A stretch of DNA of 64,000 bases from a virus, in IMG/VR virus record IMGVR_UViG_3300045135_000745, positions 15,885 through 79,884 of that record. The stretch is one strand, 5' to 3'. The notes under the pieces were generated by a model. It ran no database searches and had not been told where the DNA came from. It worked only from the letters and a program-made list of their open reading frames with translations. The translations under genes and the position numbers were made by a program. This document shows, piece by piece, positions 46,818 through 55,962 of this stretch. Positions within the stretch are counted from its first letter, which is position 1. Each line of letters begins with the position of its first letter.

Positions 46818-47944
46818 ACTGTTACCCCAGTTGTTGCAAGCTGATTGTAAACATCTTCAGCATAAAATAATCTTTTCCCGTAAGCGCCAACACTATCTCT
46901 GCCACTTTGTCTTCTTGTTTCGTATGGTGCAAATTTCCATAATACTTTTTTACCAGTTTGGTCCTTTTTCCATTCTGCTACTGAGAATTCTGAAATCTCA
47001 TAGTAAGCTTCGATCCGGTCTGCTGCCATAGCTGCAGTTGAAGCTTTCGGCCCCCAATCATCAAATTTAAGCCAACCTAATGTTTGTAATTCATGTACCA
47101 CAAACGAAAGCTGACCCTTTAAATCTGGAACGTAATGTCCACCTTTGCTTGTCAAGAATAATTGCATACCGTTATTTTCTGCATACTTTCTTAAGGCGGT
47201 TCTTCTTTCGCCTAACCATTGGGCAATACCAACAGCACCAATAGAATTCTCAACATCATATTGTAGCTTTGTACCAGACTCGGTCATGAAGTTACCAACA
47301 AATCCTGCGGCTAATTCCTTTGAGTTCGGTAAACCCATATCAGATCTAAAAACGTTTTCTAAGAAGTTGTATGCTTTTTCTGCATTACTACCACCCTCAA
47401 GTACATATGAATCATATGACTTACCACCGTGTGATGTAGTACCGCCCGTATCTCTTGGCGGGATACCAGGGTCTGGGGTTGGATTAGTACGTGCTGCTTC
47501 AGCTCTAGGATCAGCTGCATCCGGGTCCACCATTCTCGCACCAGCTGATTCCAAGTTTACTTCACCAGCCACGGCAAGTCTTGTCTCCCCACCAGCACCT
47601 GTCACCAAATCAGGTTTCTTACCATCGACTCTTGGAATAGATCCAAGGACGAGAGGGAGCTGTGAGTGTTTGCCGTCTAAGAAAATACCAAATACTTGAG
47701 CATATGGTTGAATACCAACTGGCGTACCATTAATGCCGGATGTGCCACCCTGCGTTACGGGCGCGACCACCTGCGCCCACGGGAGAGCGCTCGGGGGAAT
47801 GTCACTAGGGCTTGCAGAGTGAATACCATAGATTCGAACTCTAACTCGACCTTGTTTAATTGGATCATTTATCGATTCTACGACACCAACCCACCAACGG
47901 GTTTCATCGCCATAGAAATCGTTATAAAGTGTTTTTATGCTCAT
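46814..47944 (-). CDS. gp5: gp5 N-terminal OB-fold fused to phage tail lysozyme
   Basis: WWVGVVE..NDP...GRVRVRIYGIH...LPWA...VFGIFLDG...QLPLVLGSI; then AAGFVGNFMTESG...GIAQW...R...QLSFVVHEL. Confidence 0.85.
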   Translation of the reverse strand: MSIKTLYNDFYGDETRWWVGVVESINDPIKQGRVRVRIYGIHSASPSDIPPSALPWAQVVAPVTQGGTSGINGTPVGIQPYAQVFGIFLDGKHSQLPLVLGSIPRVDGKKPDLVTGAGGETRLAVAGEVNLESAGARMVDPDAADPRAEAARTNPTPDPGIPPRDTGGTTSHGGKSYDSYVLEGGSNAEKAYNFLENVFRSDMGLPNSKELAAGFVGNFMTESGTKLQYDVENSIGAVGIAQWLGERRTALRKYAENNGMQLFLTSKGGHYVPDLKGQLSFVVHELQTLGWLKFDDWGPKASTAAMAADRIEAYYEISEFSVAEWKKDQTGKKVLWKFAPYETRRQSGRDSVGAYGKRLFYAEDVYNQLATTGVTV

Positions 47945-49233
47945 TCGAGATTCTCTAATTTAACACAAGTTAAAGTAACATCATATCTTTCAATTCTGAT
48001 ATTATGTCTTACCGCATAGATCATATGTTTGCCTGATTTAACTTTATCTGTAATATCATCTATTGAAGCGGACGGGGTAGGCGTTACGTTATTCAAAAAT
48101 CTTAATTTAATTGTATTACCTAAAGTTCTATTTTTCTTTTCTATAGCAAAAGTTCTACCAGATACTGCAATATCTAATGCGCCAGTTACTAGAATATTGC
48201 GAAGGGCTTTTGCAGTCAAGGATCTATTTAAGTTTTCTAATTCTCTAAACGAAACCTTATCAGGATAGGAATATGAAGAATGAATAGCATATTGTTTTCT
48301 GGATTTAATTGTATTCAGGGATTTACCCAAATGCTGATAGGAGTTTTTAAACTTAAAATTGTCCCTATTAAATCCTTGAACTAATCCTAATACATTTTCA
48401 ATTTCAAATTGAGTAGAAGTGTCGAATGATGTAGATGTATCCCAATAACCTTGAACAGAACTAATTAAACCTTGATCAATAAGATCGCTAATTTCTAATG
48501 GGACTTGATTGTAGTTTTTAATATCATAATACTGCGCTTCACCATCCTTTGATGTAGTCGATTCCTGTGTGCTACTTTGCGAATATCTGTATTCACGTTT
48601 AGAAACTGGTGGTGCACTGATCATCGTAGACAGCGGAAGAAAATGTAAAATGTTTGGTTGGGTTAAAACTGAGAACAAATAATAAGGTGTTCCCGAAGTA
48701 GACGTAGTACGATCTTTAATCCAATTAGCTGCTTCAAGCGGAGTCATGTTAGGCACTACGATTTGCATATCGTATTTTGCCTCATCTTCATCAGCCTTTG
48801 AAAGGGTTATCCCTGAAAAATTCTCCATTATAATCTTTTGAATGATTTCTCTCGATGAACCGCTATAAGCACGGTTTACATTCAAAAATGAAGATACAAA
48901 TCCAATCTCTTCGATAAAGTGTAAAGTAACTAATTCACTATTATCGTTATTTTTAGATGTATCAACTACGGCGTCAATAATAAATTTTCTATTAATTGTA
49001 GGTGAAACATCTTCTGGATATTTCGCAGCAAAAATAAATTGTTCGAGACCTTTAAATTTAACTTGATCTAAAACACCAATTGTATCTAAGAAAGATACTG
49101 AACCAGTTAAATAAGGTTTATCGATATGCTCATAAATTACCACATCGGTAATAGCTGCCGAAATATCGAATTTCGTAGCTCCATCACCAGCTGTAATTGT
49201 GGCTTTTTCTATAATTAAACGATCGATTGACAT
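47941..49233 (-). CDS. Baseplate hub / tail protein (gp27-like)
   Basis: IYEHIDKPYLTGS...D..G, VPNMTPLEAANWI, SGKHMIYAVRH; between gp53 and gp5. Confidence 0.7.
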   Translation of the reverse strand: MSIDRLIIEKATITAGDGATKFDISAAITDVVIYEHIDKPYLTGSVSFLDTIGVLDQVKFKGLEQFIFAAKYPEDVSPTINRKFIIDAVVDTSKNNDNSELVTLHFIEEIGFVSSFLNVNRAYSGSSREIIQKIIMENFSGITLSKADEDEAKYDMQIVVPNMTPLEAANWIKDRTTSTSGTPYYLFSVLTQPNILHFLPLSTMISAPPVSKREYRYSQSSTQESTTSKDGEAQYYDIKNYNQVPLEISDLIDQGLISSVQGYWDTSTSFDTSTQFEIENVLGLVQGFNRDNFKFKNSYQHLGKSLNTIKSRKQYAIHSSYSYPDKVSFRELENLNRSLTAKALRNILVTGALDIAVSGRTFAIEKKNRTLGNTIKLRFLNNVTPTPSASIDDITDKVKSGKHMIYAVRHNIRIERYDVTLTCVKLENLE

Positions 49234-49943
49234 TATTGGCTACGCAATGCTTCTCTAAATGCAGAAACAACACCATTAATTGCTTCTGGTTTTATAACTT
49301 TAATTTTTCTTAACTTATCGTTTTCATCTGCCAGATATTCGGAATAAGTTACTGGGGTATATTCTGCACCTGGACCGGAAGTGGGATCGATATCTACAAA
49401 TTCACCGTCTGCATCAAGGTAGTGTTTAACAGCATTATATTCTGGCACTGAAGAATGGACTGTAAGTGAATTACCGCTTTGATCTACAATAACTTCCCCA
49501 TCGGTAAAAGATTTTGTACCAGCAATAAAAATCTGTCCGAGATCTTCTACCCGTTTAGTAATAGTGCCAGTTTCTGCAGAAGAAAGACCTTCGATAGTAT
49601 CCCCAACCATGAATGTTTCAAGTAGTTCATTTCTTGTAGTAATCACTGTATGATCTAAACGTTTCTGAGTCCATGCTTCTAATTCACCGGCATTAATCGG
49701 CCAACCACTTCTACGGATATGATCATTTAACAAATAAAATGTCCAATAAAAAGATACATCGTCATATAATTTAAAAGATAACTGATCGGGTCTTTCGTCA
49801 TACAAATCATAGTATTGATAGAAGTCAATTTGATCTTTTATATCATCAAAGACATCAACATATGCTGAAATGTTTTGGGCTATGACTGACTGGGTCTCAT
49901 TGCCAAACTTGTAAGAAGTTGCGGGAAAGCTTTTAAAAAACAT
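49233..49943 (-). CDS. gp53: Baseplate wedge subunit
   Basis: FFKSFP...Y, ERPDQLSFKLY....YW...LLN...WP, YSEY..ENDKLRKIKVIKP. Confidence 0.92.
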   Translation of the reverse strand: MFFKSFPATSYKFGNETQSVIAQNISAYVDVFDDIKDQIDFYQYYDLYDERPDQLSFKLYDDVSFYWTFYLLNDHIRRSGWPINAGELEAWTQKRLDHTVITTRNELLETFMVGDTIEGLSSAETGTITKRVEDLGQIFIAGTKSFTDGEVIVDQSGNSLTVHSSVPEYNAVKHYLDADGEFVDIDPTSGPGAEYTPVTYSEYLADENDKLRKIKVIKPEAINGVVSAFREALRSQ

Positions 49944-50857
49944 TAGTAACCTGCCTTGATATCTTTCTTGCTTAGCGTTCTTGGTTCGCCGAAGCTTAAG
50001 GTGAGATCCACTTCAGAAGGTTTACCATCTGCGTGCCACCCCATGCTACTGGGATTGTATACCACATTAACTGATTTAAGATGTGCTGGTAAAAACTTAG
50101 TAGCGACCTCTCTACCGGCATAAGTCATATTGATCTTAAATTTATTTGGATAGTAATAGCCCAGAGGAATATTATTATCCTCGATGATTTCTGGATATAG
50201 TTCTGTTCTAAAAGTTTTCACGATCTGTTCAATTGCATTTGCTTCTGCCGCAGACGAGGCAATCATTTTAAATGAAAATGAAAACTCTCTAAGATTAACT
50301 GATTTAAACAGCGCTCTTGTATTCGGATTAACAGCTACACCAAATGCTGATCCAGCTACACCTCTTGTAGTTTCACCACCTTTGTTAGCCAAGCGTACTG
50401 CAGCCAAACCTGCTAATTGAGATGCCATGCCTGATCTATTGCTAATAAAATCGATCATGCTACTACCAGCATTTTCAATAGTAGCAAATGCTGCTGATTT
50501 AATATCTGCACCGGATTGTAAAGCTTGGAGTCCAACAGCACCAATAGTTCCAAGATTTAATGTGTCGTATTGTACACCATCTTGAATAGTAATAGCTTGT
50601 GGTAAATATAAAGTAACTGCACCACTACCGCTTTTGCCGTAGGTAGTTAAAGGCGCTTGGATTTTTCTTGTAACAGTTTCCCCAATTCCACCAAAGTCAA
50701 CTAATCCAGTTGCTTCATCGAAATTTTCAACTGAATTCGAAATACTGGACAATGATTCAGTAACGGTCTTTGCTGCATCAATATACTTTTCTACAATAGG
50801 TAAGAACTGAATCTTACCTGCATATTGATCGGTATTGTCGTCTAAAGGATATTGCAT
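49943..50857 (-). CDS. gp48: Baseplate tail tube cap
   Basis: LYLPQ, NPNTRALFKSVNLREFSFSFKM, YP.KF.I, L.SV.V.YNP, P.EV.LTLSF.E. Confidence 0.9.
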   Translation of the reverse strand: MQYPLDDNTDQYAGKIQFLPIVEKYIDAAKTVTESLSSISNSVENFDEATGLVDFGGIGETVTRKIQAPLTTYGKSGSGAVTLYLPQAITIQDGVQYDTLNLGTIGAVGLQALQSGADIKSAAFATIENAGSSMIDFISNRSGMASQLAGLAAVRLANKGGETTRGVAGSAFGVAVNPNTRALFKSVNLREFSFSFKMIASSAAEANAIEQIVKTFRTELYPEIIEDNNIPLGYYYPNKFKINMTYAGREVATKFLPAHLKSVNVVYNPSSMGWHADGKPSEVDLTLSFGEPRTLSKKDIKAGY

Positions 50858-50865
50858 TATAGACC

Positions 50866-50898
50866 TATAAATAAAGTGAATTCTTATCGTTATTTATA
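50866..50898. promoter_or_regulatory. Face-to-face late promoters for gp4 (+, 50866-50873) and gp48 (-, 50891-50898)
   Basis: Two exact TATAAATA boxes on opposite strands in a 50-nt divergent intergenic gap. Confidence 0.75.
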
Positions 50899-50907
50899 TG
50901 GAAAACT

Positions 50908-51393
50908 ATGGCTTATTCTGGCAAATACAAAGTTAAAAACCCAAAGAAATATAAAGGGGATCATACCAACGTGGTCTATCGATCTCTCTGGGAGAAATAT
51001 TGTTTTAAGTGGTGTGATGAATCATCTGAAGTAAAAGAGTGGTCTAGCGAAGAAGTCGTTATCCCATATTTCTATGAGGTAGATAAGAAATACCATCGAT
51101 ACTTTATGGATCTGAAGATCACATACACAAATGGCAAAACAGTACTTGTAGAGATTAAACCGGACAAAGAAACGAAGCCTCCGGCATTCACAGGGCGTAA
51201 GACGAAGCGTTATATTACTGAAGGCCTGACTTACGTTAAGAACATGAATAAATGGGCTGCAGCACAGAATTACGCAGCTGATCGCGGGTGGGGATTTCAG
51301 ATCTGGACTGAAGATACATTGCACAAAATGGGTATTAAACCCAAATCAACTAAACCACTCAAGCCGTATAAAAAGCGTAAGAAATCAACATAA
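50908..51393 (+). CDS. gp4: Head completion nuclease
   Basis: NPKKYKGD...YRSLWE...WCD...WSSEE..IPY...HRYF.D...VEIKP...KW.AA. Confidence 0.96.
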   Translation: MAYSGKYKVKNPKKYKGDHTNVVYRSLWEKYCFKWCDESSEVKEWSSEEVVIPYFYEVDKKYHRYFMDLKITYTNGKTVLVEIKPDKETKPPAFTGRKTKRYITEGLTYVKNMNKWAAAQNYAADRGWGFQIWTEDTLHKMGIKPKSTKPLKPYKKRKKST

Positions 51394-51401
51394 ATAGCTG
51401 T

Positions 51402-51989
51402 ATGTCAAATTTATTTTACAACCTAGAAATTGAAGCCTTTCGTAAAGGCATTACTCTCAGATCAAAGGAATCACGCGAGTGGTTCCGCAAGAGAGTAGCG
51501 AACCTACGACCAAACCGCAGTGCGCTGATGAAGGAAGAACCTGTTCAGTTAAAGAATCGCAGTGTGGTTGGTAACATGTACATGTTTTTCTACGATCCGA
51601 AGCACAAAGACACACTACCATTTTATGATTCTTTCCCACTTGTGATTGTGGTTGGTCCGGCAGAAGGTGGTTTTTATGGACTGAACCTACACTACCTTCC
51701 GCCGACCCTCCGCGCTAAGTTTTTGGATTCACTGTTAGAAATCACGAACAACAGGCTGTATGATGAATCTACCAAGTTCGATCTTTCCTACAAGATGCTC
51801 ATGCGTGCATCGAAGATGAAGTACTTTAAGCCGTGCTTTAAGCACTACCTCAACAAACATGTGCGTTCACGCTTTGCTATGGTCGAAGCACCGGAGTGGG
51901 AAATTGCAACATTCTTACCAACAGCAGACTTCCAGAAGGCAAGCCGAGCACAAGTCTACGCTGATTCCAAGAGGAAGATAAATGGCTAG
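51402..51989 (+). CDS. gp2: DNA end protector protein
   Basis: GNMYMFFYDPKHKDTLPFYD.FPL, GLNLHYLPP.LRA, PCFKHYL. Confidence 0.96.
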   Translation: MSNLFYNLEIEAFRKGITLRSKESREWFRKRVANLRPNRSALMKEEPVQLKNRSVVGNMYMFFYDPKHKDTLPFYDSFPLVIVVGPAEGGFYGLNLHYLPPTLRAKFLDSLLEITNNRLYDESTKFDLSYKMLMRASKMKYFKPCFKHYLNKHVRSRFAMVEAPEWEIATFLPTADFQKASRAQVYADSKRKING

Positions 51990-52578
51990 TATAGAAGAAT
52001 TAAAAGGTATGGTAAATGCTGGGAAGGGCTTTGCTCTTCCTAACCAATATATGGTTGAATTTCCTCAGATCCCTGGCTCAAACCTATCTGCCAGAGAAAG
52101 AAATGTTCTTTGCAGAACTACCAGATTACCTGGAAGACAAATCCTGACAGCTTCGAGGGAAGTTGGGTTAATGAAACAAGGTGTTGCTACTGGCTATGCC
52201 ACCACCGATGTTACTATGTCTTTCCATGTTTTAAATGATTATAAAACGAGAGATTATTTTGATAAGTGGCAAAATCTTATTGTCGATCAAAATAGCCAAC
52301 AGATTCGATATGCCAATGAATATAAAAAGACTGTAAAGGTATATCAATTAGAAAAAGGTAGAGCCTATGACGTAGGCGGTTTAAACTTTAATGTTTTTGG
52401 TATCGGAATCAATTTAGATTTCGATTTAAGGACATCAGATAAAATTATTTATGGAGTCGAGTTAGAAAGTGCTTTCCCTGTAACAGTAAACGGTATTGAT
52501 CTTGCAGATGGTTCGACAGACCAAACAATTGAGGTGTCAGTGAGTCTGTCTTATAAAAATTGGAAACGTATAAAATAA
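51982..52578 (+). CDS. gp54: Baseplate tail tube initiator (gp19-like fold)
   Basis: GFALPNQY.V, LC..T.LPGR, YFDKWQ, AFP..V..I.L; between gp2 and gp26. Confidence 0.75.
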   Translation: MASIEELKGMVNAGKGFALPNQYMVEFPQIPGSNLSARERNVLCRTTRLPGRQILTASREVGLMKQGVATGYATTDVTMSFHVLNDYKTRDYFDKWQNLIVDQNSQQIRYANEYKKTVKVYQLEKGRAYDVGGLNFNVFGIGINLDFDLRTSDKIIYGVELESAFPVTVNGIDLADGSTDQTIEVSVSLSYKNWKRIK

Positions 52579-52593
52579 AAATGGAGTTATATC

Positions 52594-53304
52594 ATGGCTT
52601 TGCCAAGAATTAATGAATCGCCTAAGCACAAATTGAAAGTCCCGTCGACGGGCAAAGAGGTTTTCTTTAGACCTTTCTATGTAAAAGAACAAAAAGTTTT
52701 ATTGATGGCTATGGAAGCCCAAGATCAAGAATTGATTTTGAAAGCTATGGTAGACACTATTGTATCATGTGTAGAAGATCGCATCGATCCGAATGCACTT
52801 TCTACATTCGACGTCGAATATATGTTTACCAAAATCCGTGCTAAATCTGTTGGCGAAACCGCAGACATCTTTTTAGAATGTACAGAATGTAAACATAAGA
52901 ATGAGATTCATTTGAATCTGGATATCGTTGAAATGGATGTTCCAACGAAGATTCCTGAGATCCAATTGAACGACAAATATACTTTGGTTATGAGATTCCC
53001 GAGATATAACAGCATGTTAGAATCATTTAAAGGTAAAGAAAAACTAACCTTTACTGATTTGATGTTTAACATGGCTTTGGGATCACTTGATAAACTGTTA
53101 ACTGAAGACGAAGCTATTTCTTTTGATGAAGAATCCATTGAAGAAAAAGTTCAGTTCTTAGATAATCTGAATTCCGATCAGTTCGGAAAAATTATGGAAT
53201 TTGTGCAAAGCTTGCCTAAACTAGAACATGATATTGATTTTACGTGTGAATCCTGTGGTCATGAGAACAAACAGACGCTGAGTGGTATCCAGGATTTTTT
53301 CTGA
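52594..53304 (+). CDS. gp26: Baseplate hub assembly chaperone
   Basis: MALPRI...PSTGK...RPF.VKEQKVLL, FDVEY.F..IRAKSVGE, two CxxC pairs, ends GIQDFF. Confidence 0.93.
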   Translation: MALPRINESPKHKLKVPSTGKEVFFRPFYVKEQKVLLMAMEAQDQELILKAMVDTIVSCVEDRIDPNALSTFDVEYMFTKIRAKSVGETADIFLECTECKHKNEIHLNLDIVEMDVPTKIPEIQLNDKYTLVMRFPRYNSMLESFKGKEKLTFTDLMFNMALGSLDKLLTEDEAISFDEESIEEKVQFLDNLNSDQFGKIMEFVQSLPKLEHDIDFTCESCGHENKQTLSGIQDFF

Positions 53305-53483
53305 TTAATCTCTCTCATGAAACACTTGTGAACTATTATCAGACAAACTATCAGCTAATGGAAAACCACAATTATTCATTAGCTGATCTGGATCTGATGA
53401 TACCTTGGGAGAGAGAAATTTACGTAACTATGTTAATTGAAGATATGAAGCAGCGTGAAGAGGCAAGAAAAAGTAAACTATAA
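53295..53483 (+). CDS. gp51: Baseplate hub assembly catalyst, in the -1 frame of gp26
   Basis: Manual translation ...LSHETLVNYYQTNYQLMENHNYSLADLDLMIPWEREIYVTML...KSKL*. The first possible starts (GTG 53328, ATG 53358) lie inside the conserved region. Confidence 0.85.
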   Translation, partial: FFLINLSHETLVNYYQTNYQLMENHNYSLADLDLMIPWEREIYVTMLIEDMKQREEARKSKL

Positions 53484-53505
53484 AGTAGGTCAAGGATAAG
53501 AATAT

Positions 53506-55914
53506 ATGGCTACTACAACCCTGACAGAGGTCAATGCAACTCTCGTAGAAATTCGAGACGAGCAACACGAAACTACAACGGCGGTAAGATCTCTTACTGA
53601 CAAGATCTCTGCGCAGATGGAGGCAGCCGAGATTAATCGGCTAAAAGACTTAAATTCAAAAGGTCGTGGTAGTGTAATAAAAGGTAAAGGACCGGCGGCA
53701 AGAGTAAAAGCTAAACCAGTTGCTGCTGATGATAGTGGCTCATCTTCTGGTACTATGATAGGTGCCGGCTTAGGTTTAGGTATGCTTGGCAAAGGCATGA
53801 TGAAGTCAGCTGCTGGTCTTACTGCTATGGGTCTCGCTATCCCAGCTTTCTTTGGTGGTTTATTAGCTGGTAGTGAAGGACTAAGCTGGTTACAAGATGT
53901 AGCTGGAATGGACTACGATGGACTAAAGAAAGCTGCCTTAGGATTCTCTGATATTATTTTAGAAATGGATCCAAAAGCATTCGTGGTCCTTGGCGGTATT
54001 ATGGGTATTTCCGCAATTGCTAAACCTGGTGCTGCTAAAAGCTTAGCTTCAATGGGTCTTGCTATTAGTGGGTTCCTTGGCGGGCTGATGGCTGGTAGCA
54101 CTTTACTAGAAGGTGCATACAAAGTTGCAGATATATTTGGCGGCACTATTGACTTTGGTGGCATGAAAAAAGCTATGACCGGCTTTAGTGATATGGTCGT
54201 GAGTCTTGATCCAAAAGCATTAACTGTAATGGGGTCTTTATTAGGTCTTGGCGCAATCACAGGATTAGCAAATAAAGATCCATTAGCAGCTGCTAAAGGT
54301 ATGGCAGGTATGGCTGCTGGAATCGTAGGATTCCTCGGCGGTATTATGCTTGGTAATACATTATTCGAAGGCGCTAATTGGATGGGTGCTGATTTAGACT
54401 TTGGGGCTTTAGGGAAAGCTTTAGGTGGCTTTTCTGCAGCGGTCGGTCAACTTTCTCCTGAAGCAGCTACGGCCTTAGCAGGCATTATTGCGGGATCTGC
54501 TGGTCTGGCAGTATTTGGCGCAGACGCTAAAACAGCATTAGGAACTGCCGCTATCATGACTGGCATTGGTGCTGGTATCGCTGGCTTAATGATCGGTTTA
54601 ACAGCAGGTGATGCTGGTATTAGCTGGCTTGATAAGATTGCGGGAGCTAATGGTAGCGGTCTTGTAGGCGCATTTAAAATGTTCAATGATTCAGTTGGGG
54701 CATTAGACGGTACTGCATTAACGGCATTCGCAACTATTCTTGGCGCTGGTACTGCACTTGGCGCATTCCTCGGTGCTGCTACGACACCTGCTGGCGCTGC
54801 AATGGCAGCCGTAGGTATTTTTGCTATCATGACTGGTATTGGTGCTGGTATTTCTGGTTTAATGGTCGGTCTTGCTGCTGGTGGTAAAATTGCAGATTTG
54901 ATTGCAATGTTGCCAGGTGATGGTGGTGGATTAGTACCAGTATTTAAAATGTTCAACGATTCTATTCTAGCCCTTTCGTCTGATGCCATTAAAAAATTAG
55001 GCGAACTATCTAATATGGGCTTTACTGGATTAGCTGGTACAATGACAGGTCTTGCTGCAGGTATAACAGCTTTATTTGGTGCTGGTGGTTTAATGCAATT
55101 AACAGACACCTTAAAGAAAGGTGCGTTAGAAGCTTTCGATTGGTTATTTGGTACTGACACTGCTACCAAAACCAAAACCCCTATCGAAACTATGCTAGAA
55201 TCATTAGAGCCGCTTGTCAATGTCGACCCAGCAATGTTCGATAAGATGGATGAATTTGGTGGTGCTATCGATCGCTTTGCCACTTCCTTTAGCGGATTAC
55301 AAGATTTAGATACTAAGAAGACATCGACCAATCTAACAAAAATGATTGCTGATATGGGTGGGGTTCTTCAGCTGATGGATCCGCTTATTAATGGTGGTGA
55401 ATTCGATCCGAACGCAGGAAGCTTTAAAGGCTTTATGCAAGGTGTATTCGGTAATGATAGAGAAGTCATTAAGTTTGGTAAAGGTTTAAAAGGTCTTGAT
55501 GTTGCAAACCTCGATGCTCTTGCACAAGGTGTTAATGCATTAAGATCAGCTCTTGGTGGTGAAGCAGCTCCTGTTACTAGCCCTGTTATTGGATTAGATG
55601 CATTTGGTGGTGCCGGTGATCCTGTAAGCACTGGCAGTTCGGTAACAATCGATGAAGTTACCTCACAAGTTGCACGTGAAGTTTCAATTGTTAAAATGTC
55701 AGATGAAGTACTTAAGGCATTAACAGCTACCTTAATGCAGCAAGACTATGGTGAAAGAGTTGCTCAGACCGCTGGCGGTAACACTACAGTTATTAATGAA
55801 GGTAATACCACGAATAACTCAACCTCACAAGGTATTATTACACCTCCAGCAGGTACAAATGACTCACTGGATGCAGGCTTTGCTACTCGTCCAAGACGTG
55901 GTCACCATCCATAA
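53506..55914 (+). CDS. Probable tape measure protein (gp29 position)
   Basis: 802 aa, helical G/A/L-rich with 80-90 aa repeats, C-terminal NTTNN tail; directly after gp26-gp51. Confidence 0.7.
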   Translation: MATTTLTEVNATLVEIRDEQHETTTAVRSLTDKISAQMEAAEINRLKDLNSKGRGSVIKGKGPAARVKAKPVAADDSGSSSGTMIGAGLGLGMLGKGMMKSAAGLTAMGLAIPAFFGGLLAGSEGLSWLQDVAGMDYDGLKKAALGFSDIILEMDPKAFVVLGGIMGISAIAKPGAAKSLASMGLAISGFLGGLMAGSTLLEGAYKVADIFGGTIDFGGMKKAMTGFSDMVVSLDPKALTVMGSLLGLGAITGLANKDPLAAAKGMAGMAAGIVGFLGGIMLGNTLFEGANWMGADLDFGALGKALGGFSAAVGQLSPEAATALAGIIAGSAGLAVFGADAKTALGTAAIMTGIGAGIAGLMIGLTAGDAGISWLDKIAGANGSGLVGAFKMFNDSVGALDGTALTAFATILGAGTALGAFLGAATTPAGAAMAAVGIFAIMTGIGAGISGLMVGLAAGGKIADLIAMLPGDGGGLVPVFKMFNDSILALSSDAIKKLGELSNMGFTGLAGTMTGLAAGITALFGAGGLMQLTDTLKKGALEAFDWLFGTDTATKTKTPIETMLESLEPLVNVDPAMFDKMDEFGGAIDRFATSFSGLQDLDTKKTSTNLTKMIADMGGVLQLMDPLINGGEFDPNAGSFKGFMQGVFGNDREVIKFGKGLKGLDVANLDALAQGVNALRSALGGEAAPVTSPVIGLDAFGGAGDPVSTGSSVTIDEVTSQVAREVSIVKMSDEVLKALTATLMQQDYGERVAQTAGGNTTVINEGNTTNNSTSQGIITPPAGTNDSLDAGFATRPRRGHHP

Positions 55915-55941
55915 AAAAAGAGCGACCGAAGCCGCTCTTTT
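55913..55941. terminator. Bidirectional terminator between tape measure and gp32 (UUCG loop on - strand)
   Basis: AAAAAAAGAGCG-accgaagc-CGCTCTTTT. Confidence 0.85.
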
Positions 55942-55962
55942 GATTCATAAAGTTGGAGTCTA

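Noticed and set aside
54447-55331. 294-aa minus-strand ORF (and similar antisense ORFs at 45529-46128, 47145-47699, 32526-33041)
   Set aside because: Mirror frames of Gly/Ala/Thr-rich genes with biased codons; no RBS or motifs.
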